Assembly (NCBI GenBank): GCA_965218095.1
Contig: OZ244587.1
Location: 2,016,001 to 2,080,000 of the forward strand
Source of the DNA: Candidatus Poribacteria bacterium
Lineage (GTDB): Bacteria; Poribacteria; WGA-4E; PCPOR2b
Reading direction: 5' to 3'
DNA: 64,000 bases
Shown: in pieces, positions 22,181 to 33,537 of the stretch
Numbering within the stretch: position 1 is the stretch's first letter
Layout of the letters: each line of letters starts with the position of its first letter
Notes under the pieces: model-generated
Told to the model about the DNA's origin: nothing
The model's input: the letters and a program-made list of their open reading frames with translations, nothing else
Database searches by the model: none
Made by a program: the position numbers and the translations under genes

Positions 22181-23104
22181 ATGACATCACCTGAAAAATC
22201 GCGAATGAAGGGCGGACTCACCCCCCAGCAAATCCAGCAGTTCAATGATGATGGTTTTTTGATCATCCGTGATCTGCTCCCACGTGAAGCAATTCAACCG
22301 TTAATCGATGAACTCCAACAGAAGATCCGTGACCTGGCCAACGAAGCAGTGCAGCGGGGACTACTCGACGCGGCGAACACCTTTGAGGATTCGCCTTTTG
22401 AAACGCGCTTGGCACAGGTGGCGGATGCCTGCTCAGATCGCAACTGGATAGGAAAACAGTTATTACAGCCGGATCTCTACGGCAAGCCCAGAACCGCCGG
22501 AATGTTCACTCTTAGAACACATCCCGCGCTGCTAGACGTTGCTGAATCATTGATCGGCTCTGAAATTCTGGCGCACCCACAATTTGCCCTCCGGGGGAAA
22601 ATGCCGGATCAGGAGGAAACGGTGATACCCTGGCATCAAGACCTGGCCTACCTGAAGCCGGAAGAATCGGGGAACACATTGGTTGTGAATTTCTGGATTC
22701 CTCTTGTGAAAGCCACAGTCGCTAATGGCTGTATGCAAGTGATGCGGGGGTCGCATTGTTGGGGCCTGCTGCCGCACAGCCATCTCATATCAACCGCCGG
22801 TCACAAAGGTTCCACAGGTATCGCCGATGTCGATCTGCCACCCTGCGAAATCGCGATGGGCGAGGTGGACGCCGGCGATGTCTTGCTGACGATGGAACGG
22901 TTGGTGCATCGATCTCTTCCCAACCGATCCAATACCGTCAGGTGGAGTGTCGATACCCGCTACAGCGAGATTGGGCTTCCGACTGGCCGTTCAAGTGTAT
23001 CTGGCTTTGTAGCCCGCAGCCGCAAAAATCCTGAGAGCGTTGCCCAATCTCATCACGACTGGAATCGGCTGTTTAGCGGATTTGGCACGCTTCAGCACCG
23101 TTGA
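22181..23104 (+). CDS. Phytanoyl-CoA dioxygenase (PhyH) family protein
   Basis: FNDDGFL, PWHQD, NGCM, LVHRS..NRS..RWS; ATG after GGAGG. Confidence 0.9.
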   Translation: MTSPEKSRMKGGLTPQQIQQFNDDGFLIIRDLLPREAIQPLIDELQQKIRDLANEAVQRGLLDAANTFEDSPFETRLAQVADACSDRNWIGKQLLQPDLYGKPRTAGMFTLRTHPALLDVAESLIGSEILAHPQFALRGKMPDQEETVIPWHQDLAYLKPEESGNTLVVNFWIPLVKATVANGCMQVMRGSHCWGLLPHSHLISTAGHKGSTGIADVDLPPCEIAMGEVDAGDVLLTMERLVHRSLPNRSNTVRWSVDTRYSEIGLPTGRSSVSGFVARSRKNPESVAQSHHDWNRLFSGFGTLQHR

Positions 23105-23382
23105 GTTGGTTATGAAGGCACGGAGCACTGAATAACACGTCCAGATCCAGGCATCAAAGTCGAAATCCTGGGAGATAGTGGCAGGACATCTTTATACACG
23201 ACTTGGTTATGGAACGGATGTAGTATTCATTGGGATTTTGGGGATCGAGGGCATTGGAGCAAAAGCTCCAACGCTCCACTGCTCGTATAATAGGTCGCAG
23301 GCACATTGATGAAATTTTGCCCCCGAAGAGATCGTGAAAATCTGCTCTAATTTCGGTCGAAGTTGGGCGGTCGTAAAAGAAT

Positions 23383-23523
23383 CAGGACTTACGCACTTGA
23401 ATGTTCCAAATTGAGCCGCAACCTGTTATGAATCCTGTATCTTGAATCGTACGCCGGATGCAGGATACAGGATGCAAAGTTCAGCAAAGACACTCATTTC
23501 TTGTAGAAACCGCGTAAGTCCTA
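23383..23523. mobile_element. MITE, copy A
   Basis: Ends CAGGACTTACGC...GCGTAAGTCCTA; 5-bp TSD AGAAT. Confidence 0.75.
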
Positions 23524-23645
23524 AGAATAAAGAAAGTCAGCAAACGCTGTGATAACTTAACTTCTTGTCTGGTATCTGCGTGGTGCGATGCTTGGAAAGT
23601 CCGTGGGAGAGTCGTGTATAGATTACGCAAAGGAGGGATAGAAAA

Positions 23646-25070
23646 ATGGTAGTTCTGTTTCCGTTTGACGATTACAGCATTCCACTGACCTATGGTCTAC
23701 AGTTGGGACTGGTACAGGGTGAGCGTCAGGGAATCGTCCTGCCGCCGGGGAAACCCGGCGACCCCGACTGTAGCAGAGTGCGATACCACGAGACAGTGAT
23801 CCGCATTGATGGGGAGTTCAGGATGTAGTACTTCGGTCTTGGCGACCAGGACGAGGTAATGCGCGTGTGTTACGCCGTGAGCCAGGATGGTATCCATTGG
23901 GAGAAACCCGCACTAGGTCTTGTGGAATACGGTGGAAGCACTGAGAACAACTTGGTAGACTTGCCTATCGGTGATTACTCCGTCATCGCAAATACTCTCA
24001 TCTACGACCCGGAGGATTCCGACCCGGATCGACACTTCAAGATGGCCTTCGAGTCCGGCAAGTATGAGAACCGTCTCGCTGTTGCCTTCAGTCCAGACGG
24101 GCTTCACTGGAAGGAGTCGCCCCGCAACCCGGTAACCAAGTACCTCTTTGAGCAAAGTGGGCTCATCAAATTCAACGGGTGCTACTACGTGAACGGTCAG
24201 TGCTCCTGGCCAAGGCCGGGGGCTCACAGACAGATGGTGACACACATGTCCTACAATTTCGAGAACTGGACTCAGTCCACGGACCTTAGCTTCCGAAGGG
24301 ACGGGACGACGTCACGGTACAGGGGCGGCGAGGAAGACAGGACCAGATGGAATGTCGGTGAGCAGGTTCACCTGGGTGCTAGCCTTTGGAACCGGGGCAA
24401 CGTGATCATCGGTTTCTACGGGATGTGGCATGGACACGAGACCGATGACTGCCGCTTTGTGACGATGGACCTGGGGCTTGTTGTCAGCGACGACGCGACC
24501 CACTTCAGGGAGCCCATTCCTGATTTCAAGATCGTCCCCGCCTACGAGGAGCCTGAGAGTACTATCGGTAGGTACTATAGTACGAGCATCGGTATGTGCG
24601 CATTGGGGCAGGGGCAGGGTTTCGAGAACGTGGAGGAGCAGACCCTGCACTGGTACTAACTGTGGGGACAGGGTCAAGTTCGTTTGGCCACGTGGCCCCG
24701 TGACCGGTTGGGATACTACGAGGTGTATTGGCCAAGGCGGCCGTCGGTGAAGATGTCGGAGGCGCCGCATTTTATCTCATGCCCGATGGATCTTGATGAA
24801 ACAGATTGTCGGGTGTTCGTCAATACTAACGGGCTTTCGGAGAACAGCTTCTTGAAGGTCGAGATCTGCGATGAGCAGTTTCGCGTGATACCGGGCTATT
24901 CAGGGGAAGCCTGTGTCCCCGTCGCAGAATCGGGGTTCAAGCAGGCGGTTGCATGGCGCGACACAGGGAACCTCGCTGGGATCGATGGGCCGATCCGCGT
25001 GCGAGTGAACTATGGGGGTTTGAGGCCGGAGGACATCCGCGTGTACGCCGTGTACGTCTCCCCATCATGA
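23646..25070 (+). pseudogene. Beta-propeller glycoside-hydrolase-like protein with two in-frame stops
   Basis: ORFs 23646, 23859 and 24684 share one frame; TAG at 23826 (FRM*Y), TAA at 24657; SQDGIHW and SPDGLHW Asp-box-like motifs. Confidence 0.75.
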
Positions 25071-25282
25071 TGTTGACGCGGGCTGGTTGCTTGCAGAGCA
25101 ACTGAGGCACCTGGCCTTTGATGCCGCACCTATATATTCTTCAGAAATTTCAACTTGGTTGGAAGCCCTTTGTATCATTTGAATAGAGTCGCAAATCATT
25201 TTTCGTCAAAATAGGGGTTCTGATCGCCAAACGGAGCGATTCCCTCAATGCCTGTTGTAAATTCTAAGCCTACCAATCAAGC

Positions 25283-27781
25283 CTAAGATGTATTGCGCCT
25301 GAGTTGGGTCGTTGCGGTTGACGGCGGCAAGCACCGGTGATCGTCACACGCTTGATAGTTGACATCCAGGTTCAATGGAAACGTCTTCTCAAGCAATTCG
25401 CCAGACTTCAGCTTGAGTTTCATCCGGATGGCGACCACCCCTTCGTAGACGGAAATCGGCTGCTCACTAAAACCGGTACGAAATGGCTTTCCCTTCGGAT
25501 ACGTCACGGACACGATTTCAACAGGAGCGTTTTGGCCGACGGATACGGTGGTGGGAATCAGCAGATCCAGGGAGGCCGGATTGGCGTTAATATGCCAGCC
25601 TTCAGCGAGCACCAGTTGTACCTCTACATCAAAGGGTGCTCCGACGGAGATCTTTTCCTTCGGTGATATTGATGCTGACAGTTTCAGTAGTTCGTTTTCT
25701 GCAGGTAAAGCGGATTGATTATCATTCACGGCTTTCGGTGGAGAAAAGATGTTAATTCCGCTCGCTTCCCCTGTCTTCAAACCGAATTGGGAAGGCTGTC
25801 CTTGTTTTGCCTCTCTAACTTTTGTCCAGTCCGTCGAAAGATAGCGGTTCACGGCAAAACACATGTGCATAAAGGCTCTGGGGGATTGCGCCATCATCCC
25901 AGCGAAGCTCTGAAGGGTTTTTTCCGCTTTGTCGAGATAGTCTTTCTTCCCAACCAACCGCGTGAGGGTGAGTAGATTGTTGACTGCTACGGCATTCCCT
26001 GATGGGAGCGCGGAGTCATACGGATTTTTGGTCCGCACCACCAGATGTGCCTGATCGGCAAGGGTGAAGTAGAATCCGCCGTTTTTGTCATCCCAGAACT
26101 GTTTGATCATTGTATCCGTCAGAGATTGGGCGTCATCTAGCCAACGCTGTTCGCCAGTTGCCTCATGCAGACTTAGCAAACCGCGCACGAGGAAGGCGTA
26201 GTCATCAAGGTAGCCATTGTATTTAACGACACCGTCCTTGTAAGTGCGCATCAACCGTCCATCGGATTTGCGCAGGCGCCTCAAATTAAACCCCGCCGCT
26301 TTCTCAGCCGCATCACGATACCGCTCATCGCCCAGCACCGCGTAGCCGTAAGCGAGTGCATCGATCATTAAGCCGTTCCAACTGGCAATTACTTTTGTAT
26401 CGAGCAGCGGTTGTTTCCGTTTCTCACGCGCTTTCAGCAACTTCGCCTTGAGCGGTTCGAGTTGTCTGTGGATGTCGTTTTCCGACTTTTTGAGTGCTTT
26501 TGCGACACTTGAGATCGGGGAGGGAAGATACAGGATATTGGTTCCGCCTTCAAAATTGGCACCCTTGTCCACGCTGTAAACCTTCATCAACAGTTTTGCC
26601 TCCCTTTTTCCAAGGATCTTTTGGATTTCATCCTTCGTCCAAATGTAGGATTTCCCCTCCTCTGTATCCACTTCCGCATCGATCGCAGAATAGAAACCGC
26701 CCTCCGCTGATATCATCTCTCGGGAAACGAACGTAAAAATTTCTTCAGCAATACGCCGGTAGCGTGGATTCTTCGTCAGTTGGTAGGTTTGCAGGTAGAC
26801 CTTCGCCAGTTGGGCATTGTCGTAAAGCATCTTTTCAAAGTGCGGCACCAGCCATCGGGCATCGACTGAATAACGGTGGAACCCGCCGCCAATCTGATCA
26901 TACATGCCGCCATACGCCATCATATCGAGCGTATGGGTAATCATTTTGAGCACGGAGTCATCAGGCTCGCGCTGATATTCACTCAACAGCAGATCAAGAT
27001 TTGTGGAGCTGGGAAACTTCGGCGCATCGCCGAAACCGCCGTATTTGGCGTCGTACCTTGATTGAAGGTTTTCCACTGCCGACGCGACCAGTTTTCGATC
27101 AAGGGGCGTTTCCTGGTCCGAAGTTTGATTGACACTCGTTGCCTGTATGACGACTTCTGTAATCTTCTCTGCCTGGGCGATGACCTCCTCCCGTCGATTC
27201 GTCCACACATCACGAAGTGCATTCAGGACTCGTGGGAAACCGGGGCGCCCCAAGCCATCCTCCGGCGGAAAGTAGGTGCCTGCATAGAAAGGCAGGAGAT
27301 CGGGCGTCAAAAAGACAGAGTTTGGCCAACCACCGTGGCCAGTCATGACCTGGGTCGCCGTCATGTAGATTTCGTCGAGATCTGGGCGTTCTTCTCGATC
27401 GACCTTGATGTTGATAAACCACTGATTCATTAGATCGGCGATGTCCGGATTCGAGAAAACTTTCCTTTCCATGACATGACACCAGTAGCAGGTCGAGTAA
27501 CCTACTGAAAGAAAAATCGGCTTATTTTCCGCCTTTGCCCGCTCCAATGCTTCGGGATGCCAAGCATACCAGTCAACCGGATTATGGGCATGCAAAAGCA
27601 GGTAAGGGCTTGTTTCATGGATGAGTTGATTCGTCCACTTCCATGTGCCATCGGGGTTTTTGAGTGCTTCTTCATGTGAATGGGCGTCCTCATCGGCATA
27701 GATAGCAACGCAAACACTGCTCGCAATGATAATTGCTCCCACAAATGAAAAGATGTTGAAAATGCGGAAATTGTGTCGCAT
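25283..27781 (-). CDS. Thioredoxin-domain YyaL/SSP411 (DUF255) protein with C-terminal DsbD-N-like domain
   Basis: Signal peptide; [39 protein letters not shown]; [19 protein letters not shown]. Confidence 0.92.
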   Translation of the reverse strand: MRHNFRIFNIFSFVGAIIIASSVCVAIYADEDAHSHEEALKNPDGTWKWTNQLIHETSPYLLLHAHNPVDWYAWHPEALERAKAENKPIFLSVGYSTCYWCHVMERKVFSNPDIADLMNQWFINIKVDREERPDLDEIYMTATQVMTGHGGWPNSVFLTPDLLPFYAGTYFPPEDGLGRPGFPRVLNALRDVWTNRREEVIAQAEKITEVVIQATSVNQTSDQETPLDRKLVASAVENLQSRYDAKYGGFGDAPKFPSSTNLDLLLSEYQREPDDSVLKMITHTLDMMAYGGMYDQIGGGFHRYSVDARWLVPHFEKMLYDNAQLAKVYLQTYQLTKNPRYRRIAEEIFTFVSREMISAEGGFYSAIDAEVDTEEGKSYIWTKDEIQKILGKREAKLLMKVYSVDKGANFEGGTNILYLPSPISSVAKALKKSENDIHRQLEPLKAKLLKAREKRKQPLLDTKVIASWNGLMIDALAYGYAVLGDERYRDAAEKAAGFNLRRLRKSDGRLMRTYKDGVVKYNGYLDDYAFLVRGLLSLHEATGEQRWLDDAQSLTDTMIKQFWDDKNGGFYFTLADQAHLVVRTKNPYDSALPSGNAVAVNNLLTLTRLVGKKDYLDKAEKTLQSFAGMMAQSPRAFMHMCFAVNRYLSTDWTKVREAKQGQPSQFGLKTGEASGINIFSPPKAVNDNQSALPAENELLKLSASISPKEKISVGAPFDVEVQLVLAEGWHINANPASLDLLIPTTVSVGQNAPVEIVSVTYPKGKPFRTGFSEQPISVYEGVVAIRMKLKLKSGELLEKTFPLNLDVNYQACDDHRCLPPSTATTQLRRNTS

Positions 27782-27816
27782 ATCGATTTCTCCTTGTCTT
27801 TGATTACGTTTTAGTT

Positions 27817-28396
27817 TTACGCATTACCTTCTATCTTCGCAAATATCATCGTATCCCGTAACTCTCCCGATGGCGAAAGCTGGTCATTTCGCAGTATGCC
27901 CTCCAACTCAAACCCAAGTCGTTCGGGGATGCGTCGGCTTCTGATGTTTTTCGGATCGCAACGGATTTCCACCCGTTTCGCTCCAAGCGTTTCAAACGCA
28001 AACTTCGTAATCGCTGCTGTTGATTCGGTGATGTAGCCTTGCCCCTGAAAACGCTTCCGACACCAATAACCGATTTCAAACTTTGGAATATCCCAATTTA
28101 TCCGATGCAAGCCGCTGCTGCCGACCATCGTGTATGTGCCTTTGAGAAAGAGCAATAGCCACAGTTCTTTCCGTCCAAGAAACCGACACCAGGCACGGCG
28201 GACACTGGCCTCAGACTCCTCCAACGTGGGAATTCAACGTGGGAATTTCCTGCGCCCACGGCATCCACACCTTGAGGTCATCGAAGGTTTCGCGAACGGC
28301 AGCGTTCATTTCGTCGCCATCTCCCGGTCGAGGGGCGCGGATGGTCAAGCGTTCTGACTCAAATGATTCTGAAAAGTCGATGAGAATTGGGTTCAT
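27817..28396 (-). pseudogene. RimJ/RimL GNAT acetyltransferase, frameshifted
   Basis: ESERLTIR..WMPWA / EIGYW..GQGYITE..NIRSRRIPERLGF; shift caused by a 13-nt duplication at 28222-28247. Confidence 0.85.
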
Positions 28397-28449
28397 TGGA
28401 GTTCATCTTTTTACATGAGGCGTGATGTATCGGGTGAATCAGTATAATA

Positions 28450-28482
28450 AACCTTGCGAAGGTTCTAACCCTTCGCAAGGTT
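28450..28482. repeat. REP-like palindrome AACCTTGCGAAGGTT..CCTTCGCAAGGTT
   Basis: Related copies at 35538-35552, 44375-44408 and 46432-46456. Confidence 0.65.
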
Positions 28483-28660
28483 GGGTTTCGCTGAACAGTA
28501 TATATCAGGGGTCGCAAAAAGTCAAAACGAAAATGATCTGAAAAAATTCATTGACATAGATCCAAAATCAATATAGAGTATTAGGAGGACAGTGGAGTGA
28601 TAGTGCCATTAAAAAGAAATCGTTAAACATCAGAAGTAAAAAGAAACATTTGGAGGGAAA

Positions 28661-28915
28661 ATGAGTGATTTGAACGTTGGTATTGTTGGACTAGGCTGGG
28701 TCGCCGGCACCCATATTGAGACATTCAAGGCGGTTCAAGGTGGAAACGTGGCGGCAATCTGCTCCCGTCGTGAGCATGACGAAGCGGAATTGGAGCAATA
28801 GTACGGCACGCCGCTGAAAGCCTACACGGACTATAAAGCGATGCTCGCCGATCCGGACATTCATATCGTGGACATCTGCACGCCGCCCCCTTTTCATGCC
28901 GAACAAGCCGTTGCA
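28661..28915 (+). pseudogene. Gfo/Idh/MocA oxidoreductase N-terminal fragment
   Basis: VGIVGLGWVA..EQ*YG..MLADPDIHIVDICTP..HAEQA; TAG stop, truncated; TTGACA at 28551. Confidence 0.8.
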
Positions 28916-29019
28916 GTTGACGGTACGATTCTCGGACAACTGAACTCTGGTCGTCAGGCAACTGCAACTGCTGTCTCTGAAGCGTCATTCTCTTGAAATT
29001 GAAAAAGGAGGTGTTTGCT

Positions 29020-29229
29020 GTGCGACAAGTCACTCTTGATGAGGCAATCATCCATCTGTCTGATTTAATCGAAGCGTCCGTGAGGAGTGAAAACGTTTTC
29101 ATTACAAAAGATCATGGCACTCGGCGCTTTGGAAGCGCCAAAGGACTTGTCGTCATGACTGAGGATTTTGACGATGAGCTTCGAGATTTCAAAGAGTATA
29201 TAAAGCAAAAAGCTGGATTGATAAAATGA
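29020..29229 (+). CDS. Phd/YefM-DUF2281-like antitoxin
   Basis: VTLDEA..HLSDLIE..VFITK..RRFGSAKG..EDFDDEL.DFKEY; GTG after AGGAGG. Confidence 0.7.
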   Translation: MRQVTLDEAIIHLSDLIEASVRSENVFITKDHGTRRFGSAKGLVVMTEDFDDELRDFKEYIKQKAGLIK

Positions 29230-29388
29230 CAAAAGCGTCTATAGAACAGGGCAAAGTATTGCTTTATAGATATTCGCCAATACAAGAAACTCATAAAGCA
29301 GTGCAACTCGACTTGTTTCCTCACTAACACCTTGTCAGGGGGATTGGGGGATACGGCAGCAAATACATAACTTTTTAGGAGAAAATTT

Positions 29389-30630
29389 ATGAACGGGCTT
29401 TTCAAGCAACGACTGTTTTATGTAATCGCCGCAATGGTTTTAGTAACCCCCTGGTGTGCCTTTTCCTATAAGGGTGAGGCGGATCAGAAACTCTTTCAAT
29501 GCTTTCAACGGATACTGAAGTTGACGCACGACGAAGAAGAAGATAAACTGAAAATAGAGCGGCAACTCGTTTGGCTGACGGCGCAAGAAAAAGCAGGAAC
29601 AATCCCATCGGATAGGGTGATTGAACTAAAAAAAGAACTCCTCGATAAGTGGTCTGAAAATGCGGTGAAGTTCGCGATACAAGATTGCCTAAAGACCGAT
29701 AGGGTGATTGAACTAAAAAAACGCAGCCTCAAGTGGTCTGAAAAGGCGATGGAGTTCGCGGTACAAGATTGCCTAAAGACCGATTCAAAGGCCCAGTGGG
29801 CGGAGTTGAGGGAGTTGCCGCTGGTGGTGCAAGCCGGGATCAATATGGTAATAAGTAATTTGATGCCCAATTTGGCATTAATTAAAAAGCAGTTGGTTAT
29901 AAATGCTTGGCAACTCGATCAAAAGAGCAATGATACAAATTACAATGCCACGAAAGCGACCATGGCGAAGTTGGCAATGGACGGTGCCCTCAGGTTCCTC
30001 AGGGAGGACTGGAAAAGGGGCAGCGGTCGAGAAAAGACGCTAGTCGCGCTTGACACCATTGAAGAGCAGACGGGCATTCTGCTTAAAGCCGGTATCGACA
30101 CGAACATTTTTACCGGTACGATTGAGCAAATTGATCAAAAGCTCAGCACGACGCAACGCCCGGAACTCGCAGAAGCAGTGACTGCATTACGAAAGGCGAT
30201 TATTGCATATGGGAGTGCGCAATCAGACGTATTTTCGGACGCACTTGCCGAGAGTAAGGTATATCAAGTCATATATCCGTTTCCGAAGGTTGGCTCTACA
30301 CCCGAAGCCGACCTCGAGATGATTCGGGGGACGATTAGTGGGATACGTCAGTTTACAACAGTAATGCAAGGCTTTTTTTATGCGCGTTATCTCGGCCGCG
30401 ATGGCCCGATATTCATAGCCAATCGCAAATTCAGGTTGCCACACTTGATTACAGATCCCATTGAATTCATAATCAAGAAATTGCTGGAAGAGGGTTGAAC
30501 TCGTCCGCAGATCGAGGCAGAACTCCTGGAATTTGCAGAACTCCTGAAATTTTATGGAGAGCGGCGATATGGAGATAATTTAGAGCAAGATAAAAGACAT
30601 TTAGACAGACTTTTTAGCTTATATCAATAA
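29389..30630 (+). CDS. Secreted hypothetical protein with internal 29-aa duplication; probable premature TGA at 30496
   Basis: Signal peptide MNGLFKQRLFYVIAAMVLVTPWCAFS; frame stays open 43 codons past TGA to TAA 30628-30630. Confidence 0.6.
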
Positions 30631-30705
30631 CCCCCTGAGAACCCCTTACCCCTCAGAAAAGGGAGGTTGGGGGAAGCAAACACATAACTTTTTAGGAGAA
30701 AATTT

Positions 30706-32279
30706 ATGAACGGACTTTTCAAGCAACGACTGTTTTATGTAATTGCCGCAATGGTTTTAGGTTCTGTTGACATTTGAGTATAAAGTTGTGGCATATGAGT
30801 ATAAAGTTGTGGCATAGTAGAAGAATGATGCCAATAACCTTACCTGATGAACAATGAAATAAGATATACAGATTTCTTCTTAGCTGTCCCACCATCTATG
30901 TTGGCGACGAAGCTGCTACGCGCTGCTTCGTCGAAGCTGTCCTCTGGGTCACTCGGAGCGGCGCTCAATGGAGACTTCTACCAGACCCTATGGCAAATGG
31001 AACACTCTCTACAAGTGGTTTGCCCGCTGGTGCGACAAAGGGGTCTTCACACAGATGCACCCCCACTTCGCCTCTGACCCCGATATCGAGTCGCTTATTG
31101 TGGACAGTACAATCTGCCGCGCTCACCCGTCTGCGGCGGGCGCCTTAAAAAAAACAGTGGCACTGAAAACCAAGCGTTAGGTCGCTCTCGGGGCGGTTTC
31201 AGTACAAAAATTCACATCACAGTTGACGGACTGGGAAATCCGCTAAGAATTCATCTGACCCCCGGTCAGAGACATGACATAGCTGAGGCGGAAGAGTTGA
31301 TAATCGGATATAACAGTGAATATGTGATTGGAGACAAGGGATACGATTCGGACGAATTTATCGCGGTTATCGAAGCAAGTGGAAACCGATAAATTTCATT
31401 TATCAGTTTCCCGTATGGAGCGATTGCGGTGATACCGCTTCGCAGTCATCGTGTTGACCAAAAAACGTACGACCAACACTTATACAAAGAGAGACATCGG
31501 GTTGGATGTTTCATCAACAAGATAAAATGGTATCATCGTATCTTCTCTCGGTTTGAGAAACTAGCTGTCCATTATTTTGGATTTCTCAGCTTTGTCTCCA
31601 CTCTTATATGGCTCCCTTGAAATGTCAACAGAACCTAGTACCCTGGTGTGCCTTTTCCCACAGCGATAGAACCGGCAGCATGGGTGGGCATTATAATCGT
31701 AAGACGGGGGGATATCATTTTCACAACTCCAAGCCTGTGCCCTCTGCGGCGAAGCGGGTGTACGTCAGGGGCTACTATCGGAAGGATGGAACATATGTGC
31801 GCCCGCATTATCGGACTACGCCTGATGGCAATCCGTATAATAATTATTCGACGCGTGGCTTACGTATTTCAGTAGATCTTGGTCGCACTGCGTTGGATGC
31901 AGAAAGCATGAGTCAGTCTGCGTCGGACGGGCAGTTGGCGGCATTGATTCTCCACGCATATGGCACCAAAGCGTCGGATGACTCGATAAGGCGCAAGGCT
32001 ATGTTGGATAAGATTGAACTGGAATACGACAAGAAACTGTTCAGACAGAAGCAAGCCGCCGCAAAAGAACTGGAGACACTCTCCAAGCAGTTGCAAGCGG
32101 TGGAGGAGAAGTATAAGAAACTCTTAGCAGCCAGGGCAGCCAAGAAGAAGCGCCTGACTGAGGAGTTTATCCGATTACTTCAGGCAGGAAAAACGGACGA
32201 GGCGTTGCTGGTGGCGACGATGATCCCCGACATTGACGCGCAGGCCTTGAAGCTTTACCTTGACCTATTTCCGCATTAA
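30706..32279 (+). pseudogene. Secreted YHYH-motif protein interrupted by IS5 copy 3
   Basis: MNGLFKQRLFYVIAAMVL[IS]VPWCAFS-HSDRTGSMGGHYNRKTGGYHFHN, then VRGYYRKDGTYVRPHYRT.PDGNPYNNYST and a coiled coil. Confidence 0.8.
30760..31635 (+). mobile_element. IS5-family element, copy 3, defective
   Basis: Same TIRs and TA duplication; several indels; 36-bp palindromic insert. Confidence 0.92.
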
Positions 32280-32512
32280 CTCCAACCCGCCGGTGGTTAA
32301 ACTCCCTGAGAACCCCTTGAAACCCCCTGAGAAGGGGAGTTAACCTCGACCGCCGCTAGTTGGCAGCGCGTCAAGCGTCACTCCTCCGCAAGTTAGCCGA
32401 GAAGCACAAGCAGGAGAAGATGCGAAAGCAGAAATAGGAAGGAAAGTCGAAATGAAATATCTGCTTGATATGCATGTCTTATCGTTGATTTCTCATAAAA
32501 GGAGGCTGTTCG

Positions 32513-33457
32513 ATGACACCCGAAAAGATATTGTCTCACAAACCTGAGGTGCTTACACAGGAGCAACGTCAATTCTACTTTGATAACGGATACCTGCTCG
32601 TTGAACACATTGTGCCGCAGGATTGGGTTGAGCGCCTGATCGACGTCACGAACGAAATGGTGCAGCGCAGCCGTTCCCTGAGCAAATCAGACATGGTGTT
32701 CGATCTGGAGCCCGGTCACACGGCGGACAATCCGCGTCTTCGCCGGTTGACCAGCCCGGTCGAACATCACCCGACCTATTGGGAATTTGCTTCGCAGTCA
32801 ATCATCGCCGACGTGGCGGCCGATCTGGTAGGACCAGACGTGAAATTCCATCACTCCAAATTGAATTTCAAATGGGCAACAGGCGGCGAGGAGGTTAAGT
32901 GGCATCAGGACATTACCTACTGGCCACACACCAACTACAGTCCACTCACAATTGGTGTTTATCTTCATGATGTGGGCGATGATCAGGGGCCGCTCGGCGC
33001 TATCCCCGGCAGCCACAAGGGTGAACTCTTCAATCAATACAATACCAGCGATCAATGGGTCGGCTGTCTCAGCGACGAAGACGCCAAACGCATTGATACG
33101 GCGAAGGCCAAGTATGTGACGGGGCCGGCCGGATCCATCACGGTTCATAACTGTCGCGTGATTCATGGCTCGCGGCCAAACCTTTCCGACAGGGGGCGCC
33201 CCCTGCTGCTGAACGTCTATTCGTCAGCCGATGCCTTTACGTACATGGCCAATCCGCTGCCCAGTCGATATGAAGGCACCATTGTGCGGGGAAAACCGGC
33301 ACGCTGGGCGCACCACGATAACCGCCCATGCATGGTTCCCCCAGACTGGTCAGGGGGTTATACATCGCTGTACGCACTGCAGCAGCAAGAGGAGTGGGAT
33401 GAAGACCAGCTTGCAACGGTAGCCAAGCAGACAGCGCAGATTCGAGCAGAACAATGA
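32513..33457 (+). CDS. PhyH family dioxygenase
   Basis: YFDNGYL, KWHQD, IPGSH, IHGS.PN. Confidence 0.92.
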   Translation: MTPEKILSHKPEVLTQEQRQFYFDNGYLLVEHIVPQDWVERLIDVTNEMVQRSRSLSKSDMVFDLEPGHTADNPRLRRLTSPVEHHPTYWEFASQSIIADVAADLVGPDVKFHHSKLNFKWATGGEEVKWHQDITYWPHTNYSPLTIGVYLHDVGDDQGPLGAIPGSHKGELFNQYNTSDQWVGCLSDEDAKRIDTAKAKYVTGPAGSITVHNCRVIHGSRPNLSDRGRPLLLNVYSSADAFTYMANPLPSRYEGTIVRGKPARWAHHDNRPCMVPPDWSGGYTSLYALQQQEEWDEDQLATVAKQTAQIRAEQ

Positions 33458-33537
33458 TCATCGTGGTGAATGTTGATAGATGCCGCGCATCTCCACCCTA
33501 ACCGTAACCACCAGTTCCCCGGCGAAGGAGGATACTC

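Noticed and set aside
31608-31640. ORF start MAPLKCQQNL (and MSIRLWHNRR in the transposase ORFs)
   Set aside because: These residues come from IS terminal sequence; the real start of the YHYH gene is 30706.
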